Position numbers and translations under genes: made by a program | NCBI GenBank assembly: GCA_050942735.1 | Contig: JBMNNW010000004.1 | Location: forward strand, 29,632-93,631 | Source: Armatimonadota bacterium | Lineage (GTDB): Bacteria; Armatimonadota; Zipacnadia; Zipacnadales; UBA5352 | DNA length: 64,000 nt | Direction of reading: 5' to 3' | The notes under the pieces: generated by a model | Seen by the model: the letters and a program-made list of their open reading frames with translations, nothing else | The model's database searches: none | Told to the model about the DNA's origin: nothing | In this document: piece by piece, positions 48,142 to 59,000 of the stretch | How the letters are laid out: each line of letters begins with the position of its first letter | Numbering within the stretch: position 1 is the stretch's first letter

Positions 48142-49203
48142 ATGATGAATGACCAGCAGGAAGCAGGAGATGAGGGCACACAAGGAGACGAGTTGCTCGC
48201 CGAACCCGCTGAGGCGTCGGAGGGCGACAGCGTATCCCCCGACGGGGACCGCCCGGCAGGCGCGCAGCGCCGCCCGGCGACCATCGCGGTGACGGCACTT
48301 GTGGTACTTGCGATCATCGCAATCGCGATCTGGGCGCTACCGATGATATTGCGTCCGGACGCGCGGACGCTGCTTGAGGAGGCTGTCGCCGGTTACCACG
48401 ATGCGCAGGAGATTCACGTCGAGAGCAACATGTCCTACGAGATGTCGATGGGCGACCAGCGACAGGCGATGGAGTTGCCGACCACCGCGTGGTTCAGTCG
48501 GCCGAACCGGATGTTCTTTGAGAGCGGGGACGAGACACAGCGGAGCAGGGCTGTGAGCGACGGCGAATACCTCTTTCTCGAGGTCGGGATGTTCAACGGC
48601 GTCATCAAGCTGCCCGCACCGGCGTCCTTCGACGAGATGCCGCTGGAGAATCTGAGCATGAGCGGGGGTGCGGGGATAGAGAGCATGAAGCTCCCCGACA
48701 TCGCCTCAATCCTCTCAGGCGCATTCGATGTCGGGGGCCTCGCGAGTGTTGAGCACGGGCTCGACGAGGGCGCGGAGTGGCTCAGGTCCCTCGATGCCCC
48801 CGCCGGGACGTGGGCGCTGACGGTGCGATCGGAGGCAGGTCCGTCGGTGGCGGTGTGGATCGACAGGACACAGAGGGTCGTGCGCAAGTACGCCGCGCAG
48901 ATCGACTTCGACACGATGATCGCGGCCAACCCCGAGATGGAGCAGTATCTCGAGCAGATGCCATCCGAGCAGCAGGAGAGCTTCCGACAGATGCTGACGC
49001 GCTTCGAGACCGACGTGCACACGGTTGAGCTTGGGAGACAGCCGCCCGAGGGGACTTTCGCCTATGAGCCCGCCGAGGGGGCTGAGGTCGTCGAGGCAGA
49101 TACTCTCGAGGAGGGCATTCAGAAGCTCCTCGCATCGGTGATGGAGCGCCGGCCCCCGATGGATGCCCCGCTGCCACCCGAGGACGCGCCGGCCGACGAG
49201 TAG
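48142..49203 (+). CDS. Hypothetical single-pass membrane protein with acidic N-terminus and LolA/RseB-like periplasmic domain (speculative)
   Basis: GGGAG RBS. Acidic cytoplasmic head, TM (IAVTALVVLAIIAIAIWAL), a roughly 280-aa periplasmic region and an acidic Pro-rich tail. Confidence 0.5.
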   Translation: MMNDQQEAGDEGTQGDELLAEPAEASEGDSVSPDGDRPAGAQRRPATIAVTALVVLAIIAIAIWALPMILRPDARTLLEEAVAGYHDAQEIHVESNMSYEMSMGDQRQAMELPTTAWFSRPNRMFFESGDETQRSRAVSDGEYLFLEVGMFNGVIKLPAPASFDEMPLENLSMSGGAGIESMKLPDIASILSGAFDVGGLASVEHGLDEGAEWLRSLDAPAGTWALTVRSEAGPSVAVWIDRTQRVVRKYAAQIDFDTMIAANPEMEQYLEQMPSEQQESFRQMLTRFETDVHTVELGRQPPEGTFAYEPAEGAEVVEADTLEEGIQKLLASVMERRPPMDAPLPPEDAPADE

Positions 49204-49288
49204 ACCTGCTGCCGACGCAGGATAGCGCGAACTGAGACGAGCGCGCGGCGGCCTCTGCCGCGCGCTCGTTCACTCGGGCGCACGTGCC

Positions 49289-49720
49289 TCAGGTCGGTGT
49301 CACGCCCTTCTTCAGGATGATGTTCCCGTACTTCGCGGTCTCGCCCGTCATCACGACCGCGAAAGCGCCACGGGCGCGGTCGTAGAACGCGAAGCGGTCG
49401 ATCCTGCGGATCTCGGGCGCTTCGGGCGCGTGGCGGTCCACGGCCTCTCGGTAGGCCGCCTCCACCGCCGGGTCGAGCGATTCGCTCTCGACCGCCGCCA
49501 TCATCACCAGCGGATCGCCAACGTAGGCGTCCAGTTCGAAGAGCGGGAGGATCGCGTCGAGCAGGTCGGCGATGCGTAGGCCGTCTGCGCGCACGACGCG
49601 CGCGTTCATCGTCTCCCCCGGAAAGTGCGCGTCGGCGAGCACGATCTCATCCCCGTGCCCCATGCGCGCAAGCACCGCCAGCAGCTCCGGACTGATCAGC
49701 GGCGAGATTCCCTTGAGCAT
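49289..49720 (-). CDS. fucU: RbsD/FucU family sugar mutarotase (L-fucose mutarotase-like)
   Basis: [34 protein letters not shown] matches the FucU/RbsD N-terminus. 143 aa with GGGAGG RBS. The longer 299-aa ORF is a low-complexity extension over the sulfatase C-terminus in another frame. Confidence 0.8.
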   Translation of the reverse strand: MLKGISPLISPELLAVLARMGHGDEIVLADAHFPGETMNARVVRADGLRIADLLDAILPLFELDAYVGDPLVMMAAVESESLDPAVEAAYREAVDRHAPEAPEIRRIDRFAFYDRARGAFAVVMTGETAKYGNIILKKGVTPT

Positions 49721-49733
49721 CGTGAGACCTCCC

Positions 49734-51164
49734 TTAACCGTGGTGCACCGAGTCGGGCCCGAGATCGAAGAAGCGCAGCGACCAGTAGTGCGAGTTCGCC
49801 AGCACCTCGTCGCCGGTCTCGTGCACATGGCGCCAGATCCCGCGCAGCATCTCATCCTTGCGCTGCGCGTACGCCGGGTCGTCGGCCACGTTGCGCATCT
49901 CGTGAGGATCCACCTCAAGGTCATACATCTCATCGAAGTCGTAGGCGTTGAAGATGTACTTGATCCCGTCACGCCAGAGGATGCGCTGGGTGAAGAAGTA
50001 CCGCTGACCGTGGAACTCAGCGTAGGCCTCATCATCCCAGTCATCCCGGTGCGGCTCGTCGAGCAGCGGTCTGAGCGAGCGGAAGTGCGCCTCATCGAAG
50101 GGGTCGCAGCCTGCAAGCTCCAGCACGGTCGGGCAGAGGTCGCCGATGGAGACCACGCGGTCGCTGTCCTGCCCGTTGCCCGCGGCATTGGGGTCCCGGA
50201 CGATCAGCGGGATGTTGTAGACTTCCTCGTAGGGCGTGATGCCCTTCGTCAGCAGCCGGTGCGCTCCCATCATGTCGCCGTGGTCGGTGACGTAGACGAT
50301 CACGGTGTTCTCCCACTGGCCGGACGCCACGAGCGCGTCGAGCACCCGCCCTACGTGATCGTCCAGCATTGAGCACACTCCGAGGTAGCAGGCCGTCATC
50401 TGCCGGAACTCGTCCTCCGTCAGTGCTTCGAAGACCCGCTGCATGCGCTTGAGAACGTTCGGCTTGCCCGCGAGGTCATCGTCGAAGCTCGCGGGCAGCT
50501 CGATCTCTGCCGGGTCGTAGCGCTCGTAGTACTCAGCCGGGCAGACGTAGGCGTCATGCGGCTCGGGAGTGGAGATGGCCATGCACCACGGCTCATCCCC
50601 TCCCGCGAAGTGCTCGTCGAAGTACTGCAGCGCGCGTTCGTAGATGCAGCCGGGCCGCTGCGCGCCTCCCGGCTCGTCGATCACCGCGTAAAGCTCGCGC
50701 TCTTCGTACGCGCGCCCGCCGAGACTCTTCGACAGCAGGCGCGGAGCGGGGCCGTCGTGGCCACGCTCGCTCCGCCACTGCGCGAGGTCGCGGCACTCGT
50801 CGAAGTGCCTCCAGCCGAACTGCGACAGGTCCTGCGTGCGCTCGACATGCCACTTGCCGAAGTACGCGTTGTGATAGCCGCCTGCGGCGAGCGACTCGGA
50901 CCAGGTGGGGAGGTCGGCGCGGAAGTTCGCACGCGCCTCATCGGACGCGTGGGTGCAATCGTACATCCCGTGCCCGTGCACGTGCAGCCCGGTGAACAGC
51001 GACGCGCGCGTCGGTGAGCAGATGGCGTTGACGGTGTACGCGCGGTTGAAGCGCACGCCCTCGCCGATGATACGGTCGATGTTCGGCGTGTGGCAGATGT
51101 CGGTGTTGACGGTCCGCGCCTGCTGCTGGTCGGTCATCAGAAAGAGGAAGTTCGGCTGACTCAT
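49734..51164 (-). CDS. Sulfatase (formylglycine-dependent arylsulfatase family)
   Basis: Sulfatase signature [11 protein letters not shown] (C-x-P-x-R). Metal-binding LFLMTDQQ N-terminus. 476 aa. Confidence 0.9.
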   Translation of the reverse strand: MSQPNFLFLMTDQQQARTVNTDICHTPNIDRIIGEGVRFNRAYTVNAICSPTRASLFTGLHVHGHGMYDCTHASDEARANFRADLPTWSESLAAGGYHNAYFGKWHVERTQDLSQFGWRHFDECRDLAQWRSERGHDGPAPRLLSKSLGGRAYEERELYAVIDEPGGAQRPGCIYERALQYFDEHFAGGDEPWCMAISTPEPHDAYVCPAEYYERYDPAEIELPASFDDDLAGKPNVLKRMQRVFEALTEDEFRQMTACYLGVCSMLDDHVGRVLDALVASGQWENTVIVYVTDHGDMMGAHRLLTKGITPYEEVYNIPLIVRDPNAAGNGQDSDRVVSIGDLCPTVLELAGCDPFDEAHFRSLRPLLDEPHRDDWDDEAYAEFHGQRYFFTQRILWRDGIKYIFNAYDFDEMYDLEVDPHEMRNVADDPAYAQRKDEMLRGIWRHVHETGDEVLANSHYWSLRFFDLGPDSVHHG

Positions 51165-51317
51165 GGCGATCTCTCCCGGTCAATGGCTGGCGGCACCGGC
51201 ACGGTTCGCCATCGGCGGTTCCATCGCCTGCTGCAAGGTCTCCCGAGAAACGAGGCGAAACACGCTCCACGGATACTGCCGTTCGGGACTGTCGGCCCGA
51301 AGGTGAGGGGATCGTCG

Positions 51318-52667
51318 ATGATCCATGAAACGCGTGTTCAGAGGCTCTCAGACGCCCCGGTGCGGGAGCGGGAGTTCGTGTTGTACTGGATGCAGGCGTC
51401 GCAGCGGGCCCGCTTCAACCACGCGCTGGAGTACGCCTCCCGGCAGGCCGACGAGCTGAAGGTCCCGCTCGTCGTCGGCTTCGGCCTCGACGCGACCTAC
51501 CCGGAGGCCAACGCCCGCCACTTCGCCTTCATGCTGCAGGGCCTGCAGGAGACGGCCCTGGCGCTGCGGGAGCGCGGGGTCACCCTCGCGGTGCGCAAGG
51601 CACCACCCGACGACGCAGCGCTCGAGTTCTCCCACCGAGCCTGCATGGTCGTCTGCGACCGTGGCTACCTCCGCCATCAGAAGAGGTGGCGCGAGCGAGT
51701 TGCCGATGAGGCAGACTGCCGCGTGGTGCAGGTGGAGACGGACGTGGTGGTGCCGGTCGAGGTCGCCTCCGACAGGGAGGAGTACGCCGCGAGGACGATC
51801 CGGCCGAAGCTGCACAGGCATATTGATGATTACCTCGTTGACCTGGCGGAGAGCGGTCCTGAGCGCGACTCGCTGGACCTGGGCTTCAACTCCGCCGACG
51901 TGAGCGACCCGGCGGCCGCCCTCGATCGCCTCGACGTGGACCGCTCGGTCCAGCCGGTCAGTGAGTACACCGGCGGGACCTCCGAGGCAGAGCGACTGCT
52001 CGATGAGTTCATCGCCAGTCGCCTGGCGGATTATGACGAGCGGCGCAATGAGCCGGCGGACAACTGGGTCTCGCACATGAGTCCCTACCTGCACTTCGGG
52101 CAGATATCCCCGGTCTACGTAGCCTCGCAGGTGGCGGGCCACGAGGGCGATGAGGCCTACCTCGAGGAGCTGATCGTGCGCCGCGAGCTTGCGATCAACT
52201 TCTGTCACTTCAACCCGCGCTACGACTCCATCGATGCCCTCCCCGACTGGGCGCTGACGACACTCGCCGAGCACTCCAGCGACGGGCGCCCCTATGTGTA
52301 CACCGCGCAGCAGTTCGAGCGCGCCGAAACGCACGATGAGTACTGGAACGCGGCGCAGATGGAGATGGTGCTGACCGGGAAGATGCACAATTACATGCGC
52401 ATGTACTGGGGCAAGAAGATCCTCGAGTGGACCGAAGACGCCTCCGACGCGCACGCGATTATCGCATGGCTCAACAACAGGTACGAGCTTGACGGCCGCG
52501 ATCCGGTCTCGTGGGGGAACTTCGCGTGGATCTTCGGCAAGCACGACCGCCCGTGGCAGGAGCGGGAGATCGTCGGGAAGGTGCGCTGGCTGGCCGCCTC
52601 CGGCCTTGAGCGGAAGTTCGATATCGACGCGTACGTCGAGAAGGTCGAGCGTCGCCGTCAGCCCTGA
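51318..52667 (+). CDS. phr: Class II CPD deoxyribodipyrimidine photolyase
   Basis: FVLYWMQASQRARFNHAL N-terminal motif of class II photolyases. FAD-binding C-terminal domain. Start at MIHETRV with AGGTGAGGGG RBS. Confidence 0.85.
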   Translation: MIHETRVQRLSDAPVREREFVLYWMQASQRARFNHALEYASRQADELKVPLVVGFGLDATYPEANARHFAFMLQGLQETALALRERGVTLAVRKAPPDDAALEFSHRACMVVCDRGYLRHQKRWRERVADEADCRVVQVETDVVVPVEVASDREEYAARTIRPKLHRHIDDYLVDLAESGPERDSLDLGFNSADVSDPAAALDRLDVDRSVQPVSEYTGGTSEAERLLDEFIASRLADYDERRNEPADNWVSHMSPYLHFGQISPVYVASQVAGHEGDEAYLEELIVRRELAINFCHFNPRYDSIDALPDWALTTLAEHSSDGRPYVYTAQQFERAETHDEYWNAAQMEMVLTGKMHNYMRMYWGKKILEWTEDASDAHAIIAWLNNRYELDGRDPVSWGNFAWIFGKHDRPWQEREIVGKVRWLAASGLERKFDIDAYVEKVERRRQP

Positions 52668-52791
52668 GGCGCGCAGCCGCCCTCGGCAGGTCTTCGCTCC
52701 GTCCGCGGCGAACGGTTCCTCACCTGCGCCTGAAATCACGTGCCGCCGCCGGGACGGGCGGCGCGTTTCGGTTCGGAAGGCCTGATCGCTG

Positions 52792-55700
52792 ATGCGCCCC
52801 GGAAAGCCCGCCCTCATGCTCCTCGCCGCCGCATTGCTGTGCGCGGCAGCGGCGCTGGCCCAGCCCGCCCTGGTACCACGCGTCACCGATCACACGCCCG
52901 CACCGCCCGCCGAAGGGCTGCCGCCCGCACTCGCCGATCTTGCGCTGCCACAGGGCGCGCTCGACCGGCTTGCTGAAGTCCACTCCGGCACTGAGGGCGT
53001 GTTATCCGTGCAGGTCGCGTGGCTGTCGGGCGACCGCTATCTCTGGCGCGTCGAACTGGACGAGCCACTGGAGGGCCGGCAGACCCTCAGCCTCTACGTG
53101 GACGCCGACTCAGACCCGGCGACCGGGCGCGAGGATGCCCGAGGCGCGGACATCCTCGCCCAGGCGGGTCCGGAGCAGCCTCGCCTCAGCGAGTGGATGG
53201 CCGACGGCGCGCTCAGCGACGACCGTGGCCTCCGCACCGCGATCGACGGGACAACGCTCTGGATGACGATCGATCACCCGATGGCGATCGCGGACGGCGA
53301 GGCGCGCTTCGTCTTCTGGATCACATCGCCCCTCGGCGGCGCCGAGGCCGTCCAGGCCTCCATCCCGGCGCAGGGCCCACGGCCTGTGCGTTTTCATGAT
53401 GGCTCGGAGGTGGGCGGCGACCTCGCCCTGCGGCTCGAACCCGCTGACGCATCCGCCACGCGCGTCACCGTCACGAACACGGGAGACACTGAGCGGTGGA
53501 TCGATCTGAGCCTTCCCCACGCGCTCCAGCTCAATGCCCCTGTCCGTTGGTTCGACGGCTTCAACTTCACCCCGCATGACCTGGGCGACGCCGCGCTTGA
53601 GTATCACGGCATCTCCGCGGTCCTCCCGCTCACCTGCGCGTGGGATGGAGAAAGCGGCGTCGCGATGGCGTTCGACCCGATGGACTGGTACACCGAGGCG
53701 CACTTCGGCCTTCGCCAGACGAACACCGGCCAGCAGATGCGGATCAGCTCACGCCTCGCCCTGATGCCCGGCGAGAACCACACCTTCACCGTGCACGTCT
53801 TCAGCTATGACGGAAGCCTGGGGTGGCGAGGGGCCTTTGAAAGGTACTGGCGGATGTTCCCGGAGGTCTTCGAGCGCGCGCGCGACATCGATCAGCGCTT
53901 TCATCAGGCCTCCGGCGGCGGCCTCTACCGCAACGCGCTGGATCCATCCGACGAAGCTTTCGCGTCTGATCTGCTCCGCCGGATGCGCGGGCACTGGGAA
54001 TGGGGCTACGCGCCCGCACCGCGTCCCGGCGAGTGGGCCGTCACCGAGAAGTCCATCGGCGAATGGACACGCAGCGCCGGTGAGGTTAAGAGGTCCCTCG
54101 ATGAGGAGGGACTGCGCGAGGCACAGACGCGCATCAGGCGGTGGGTGCGCGAGACCGCCACGACCTCGCCGACGTCGCGGTCGCGTACTACATGCACCTC
54201 AAGAACGTTGAGAAGGGGCTTATGGAGCAGCACTGGTCTGACAGCTACTTCCAGGACCGGCAGATCGAGTACCTCGGGTATTACCAGCGAACGCCGTGCT
54301 GGTTCGCCTACCCGTGGGCCAACAGCTACGGAGACTACCTCGCCGATGCGATCCCGTCGGTCGCTGAGCGCTTCCAGCCCGCAGGAGTCGCGTTTGACTC
54401 GGTCTTCGGCTTCATCGCGCACTGGGGCCCGAGCGCCGATCGCTCGCCGGGCACGACCTTCGAGAACGGCCGCGCCTTCGTGGGTGAGGGCATCGGCTTC
54501 GCGAAACAGATGGACGTTGTGCGGGAGCAGTACACCGGCGGCTTCCGCACAGCGATGGTTACGAACCTCAAGCTCCCGACGCTCTCGGCCGACGCCGTCC
54601 GCACCGACACGGCCCTGCTGGAGTTCCACCCGATGGGCAACCCGCTCTACCGCGAGCGCATCCTGCGTCTGAGAATGCTCTCTGGCGAGGTCATGTTCAA
54701 CTGGTGGCACAACTACGATCCGGGCCTCTACCGCTGGATCCCGTGGGATAGTCTGACCGCGGAGCAGACGCTCGACGCATTCCGCCGTCTGCGCGATGAC
54801 ATCCTCATCCACTCGCTCTACTACGGCGGCGCCCCCAACGGCCGATTCGCGGTGGGCATCCCGAAGGTCATGCGCGCCCTCCCGATGCTCATCGAGACCG
54901 CCGACCTCGGCTGGCGACCGGTCATCGCCGCCAGGCCCGCGACCAGCGACCTGCTCATCAGCCGCTACGGCGAGGGCCCAACGCTCGCGCTGGGCGTGGG
55001 CAACCAGGGCTACCACGCGGTCGAGGACCGCGTCATCATCGACCGCGCGCAGGCCACCGGCGGCGGCGACGCGGTGCTGATGGAGTGGTCGGGCGCCCGC
55101 ACCGTCACCGACCTCGGGGAGACGCTCGCGCTCAACGTCGGCGTCCCGCATCGCGACATACGCGCCTTCCGCACGGTGATGCAGTTGCCGGCGGGCGTCG
55201 CTGAACAGGCGGTCGCCTCCGCCGAGTTGCGTGACCACGAGCCTTCGAGCGTGACGATGGTGCTCGAATGTCCGCAGGCAGCGGAGGTCCCCGTAACCGT
55301 CTGGCTGCCCGCTGGAGCCACGGAGCCGACCTTCCAGCCCGCGGGCTGTGCCACCGCGCTCAGCCGCGCCGCCGACGGCATGCTGAGGGCCAGGCTGTCG
55401 CTGCGCGAGGGCGCGAACACCATCGTCGTCTCCTGGCGGCCACGCGTCGCGCTGATGGGCGACCGCGACGCGCTGCTGGACTACCGGTTCGTCGCTGACG
55501 GCGCGCCGCACTGCAACATCATCGCTGCGGGCGACACCGCGGACCTCGCATTCCGCGTGCAGGAGTATTTCCGCGAGTATTACCGCTGGGCGCTCGACGA
55601 GCCGCAGACGGTGAAGCTGCCGATCGTTTCGGCGAATCAGGCACCTGACGGCCGACGTGTGATCATCGGACTGCTTGACGACTTCCCCGCCGACCTCAGC

Positions 55701-55991
55701 ATGGCCATCGAGGAAGACGAGGCGTACTTCGGCGCGACGGGCGAGGTCGTTTACGCGACCGCACGAACGCCGGAGATGCTCGCACGCGCGGTCAACGGGC
55801 TGCTCTCCACCCTGGATGAGCGCTACGAGTGGTGGGGGCCCTACTACCCGACACAGAGTTTCTTCCGCGGAGACCCGGGCAACTCGCCGGAGGCGATCCG
55901 GCAGGCGGAGATGGCGGGGAAGTACCTCACCGGCGACGACACCGGTTCGCTGCGCGAGATCATCGAACTGCCGGACCTGATCGAGTGGTGA
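52792..55991 (+). pseudogene. Large (about 1060 aa) secreted protein of unknown function, disrupted by a -1 frameshift near 54105-54160
   Basis: Signal peptide MRPGKPALMLLAAALLCAAAALAQP. The protein-like reading frame switches from frame 1 to frame 0 at about 54145. The frame-1 continuation is TSR-rich low-complexity. Confidence 0.6.
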
Positions 55992-56007
55992 CCGACGGAG
56001 GCTTATC

Positions 56008-59000
56008 ATGAAGATGCGAACCGCGATTGCGCTCGTGCTGGGCGCGCTGATTGCCATGACCGCCACATACGCACAGAACGGGACCGCACAACCGACAGAG
56101 AACCTCTTCGCGAATCCCTCATTCGAGGAGGGATTCGCCGAGCGCGGTGACCTGAGAATCCCCGACGGCTGGACGCTCTACGCCGGCACCGGCGTTGGCA
56201 TGGCGCTCGAGCCGACCGATGATGCGCACGAGGGTGAGACCGCGCTGATTGTCCGCGACGGCGACCCGAACGCGGAGATCGGCATTCAGCAGACGATCGA
56301 GGCCGAGGGCGGCATCGCCTATGAGGCCTCGGCGATGGTGAAGGCGCTCAAGCCCGGCGGCGGGGCGGGCGCGTACATTCAGCTTCGCTTCCTTCCGTCG
56401 AACGAGTTTGAGCAGGTCAGTCTGGGCAGCGCGAATGAGGCGGCCTTCCGCAGGGTCTCCGTGGTCGGCCTGGCTCCTGAGGACACCACGACCGTCCGCG
56501 TGTACTACTACACCCACGCGGGTCCGGTGCCGGAGTTCATCATCGACGCGGTGAGGCTGGTCGGTGGCGTGGAGCCGCCCCCTCCCCCGCCCCCGCCTCC
56601 CCCGCCGCTGGACCCTCCCGTGTACGACACGCTCAAGGATCTTCACCTGCAGACCGAACTCGTCGGTGACGGTGAGGCGCGGGCTGCGATCATCTCGCCC
56701 GGGCGCTACACCGAGCAGGCCGGGCAGATCGCGGCCGCGATCGAGCGCATCACCGGCGTGCGCCCGGAGATCGTGGCCGATGACGATGCGCGGGCGGCCG
56801 TGCCGGACGATGGCGAGCACCTCGCCGGCAGCTTCATAGTGCTGGGCAACCGCTCAACCAACGCGATGCTCGAGCAGTTGTACAACCGTTTCTTCACGCT
56901 GCTTGACCTGCGTTACCCCGGCGAGGGCGGTCATGTCGTCCGCACCTGCCACAACCCGTTCGGCGGCGGCCACAACCTCATCCTCGTCGGTGGCAGTGAT
57001 GACGCGGGCGTCGCCGCGGCCGCCGAGACGCTCATCGCGAGGCTCGAGGAGGCGGGCGGCGCGCAGGGAGCCCTCTCCGTGGGCTGGATCCGGGAGATCG
57101 CGCTCGGCGACGACGTCGAGTTCTCGCACGATCCTGAGGAGATCCTCCACTGGGACGCCTCAGCGGGCTACCGCTCCATCGGGTACTTCGGCGGGAACTC
57201 GATCTCCAAGCACATGGCCGCGTACTACATGACCGGCGACGAGTACCACGCCCGCGAGTTCCTGCGGCTGGCTTTCCCGGACGAGCAGGCGAAACGGGAT
57301 ATCACCCGCGTCGATGGCGAGCGCATCGAGAACAAGGACGATCCGCTCGCAGGACCCTACCACTACAACGCGCACATGATGATCCTCTTCTGGGACCTCA
57401 TCGAGGAGGACCCGTTCTTCAGCGACGAGGACCGCCTGCGCATCACCAACGCCTTCGCGCGGCATCTGCTGCATGAGTGGCGCGAGGGAAGCGCCCCGTA
57501 CGCGCTGCAGCGCCCCGCGAATGCCGTCGGCAGTCGCCACGGTCAGTACTCAGCACTCGCTCTGTACTGCCTGTCACGCTACTTCGCGAAGGATTACAGC
57601 GACCCGGTCTGGCGGCAGGGCCTGCTGGGCTCGCAGATGGCGTTTGCGCCGCTGGAGGAGCACGGCTGGGTCTCGGGCGAGTCGGACAATCTCTTCTGGT
57701 ACAACACCGGCCACGCCCCGATCCTGCGCTTCATGCTGCTGTCGGGCTGGCGCGGTCCGCTGGAGAGCGGCGTCCTCGACGAGCTTCTGCGCGGCCAGGA
57801 GATCCTCGCCACGGGCAAGTCGGAGGACTGGGACCTGCGCTCTGCCTCGATCACGTTCCTGCACCGCGCGGCCTATCTCAAACAGGACGGCCGCTGGCTG
57901 GAGTACCTGCGCCGCACGGGCGTGAACACCGATCCGCCGAGGGTCGGGCAGTCGTTCTGGCCCGAGGAGCACCTGCAGCCGGAGCTGCCGATGGACATGG
58001 TCGGGCACTGGAGCATCCACCCGCTGCCGGAGCCGATGTGGGCGAACCGCGGGAGCGGGCTGCCGTTGGAGCATTCGTTCCAGTTCGGCAGCTTCCGCTC
58101 GGCCCCCGATGCGACCGGCGACTTCATCCTGCTCGACGGCTTCAACGGCGCGTCGCGCAACCCCTACCACGCCTTCGCGATACTCGAACTGCGGCTCGGC
58201 GGCCACACGCTGCTGAAGGGCTACCGCAACCAGGTGCTCACGCGCCTCGACGGGATGGTCGAGCCGCGTGTTGCGATGGACGGGGCGCTGCGGCACCGTG
58301 ACGTGATCGGCAGGGTCGCCGCCGCCGTCGGCGAGGTACCCGCCGCCGCCTACTGTAACTGGCGCCGGACGCTCGCTCAGCGGGTCGGAGAGTACGCGCT
58401 GGTGGTCGATGAGCTGACCATGACCGAGAGCAGCGAGAACATCCAGGTGCAGACGCTCTGGGAAGCGCCGAGTGGTTCGTGGGATGACTCGCGCAACTCC
58501 ATCGTCGTCACCGACACGCCCGGCGCGCACACACCGGTCGGCTGGCGGAGCATACTCGCGCTGGAAAGTCCCTACACAAGCCACCCCGCCGGTGATGAGC
58601 ATATCGTCAGACTCGCCAGCCACGGCACGCTGCTGCTGCGCGCGACAGAGCCGGGCGAGTGGCTTGAGATGCAGTTCGCACTCGATGAACCGCTCGAGGG
58701 TGAGTTCCACGCCGACCTTCTCAGATACACCGACCGCGGCGTCGTCCGAATCCTGCTCGACGGCGAGGAGGCCGTTGAACGCTACGACTCGTGGGCCGCG
58801 ACCGCCGACCCCGCGCGCGTCGAACTCGGCCACCATCGCCTCGACGCGGGAGAGCACACGCTTCGTGTCGAGGTCGTCGAGCGCGGGCGGGGCGGCGAGC
58901 GCTCCAACATCGGACTGATCGGCCTCAGCATCAGGCCCGATGAGGCGGATGATGCGCCGGTCGAGGAACTGCGCCGTGAGATCGTCTACTCCGATCCCGT

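Noticed and set aside
49721-50188. Upper half of the 299-aa ORF 49289-50188
   Set aside because: Thr/Ser/Arg-rich low-complexity, out of frame across the sulfatase C-terminus. Only the C-terminal 143 aa (FucU) are real.
56575-56625. CCCCCGCC-type repeat resembling a short tandem DNA repeat or CRISPR-like array
   Set aside because: It is in frame inside the giant secreted protein and encodes an 11-residue poly-proline interdomain linker. There are no spacer-repeat periodicity units.
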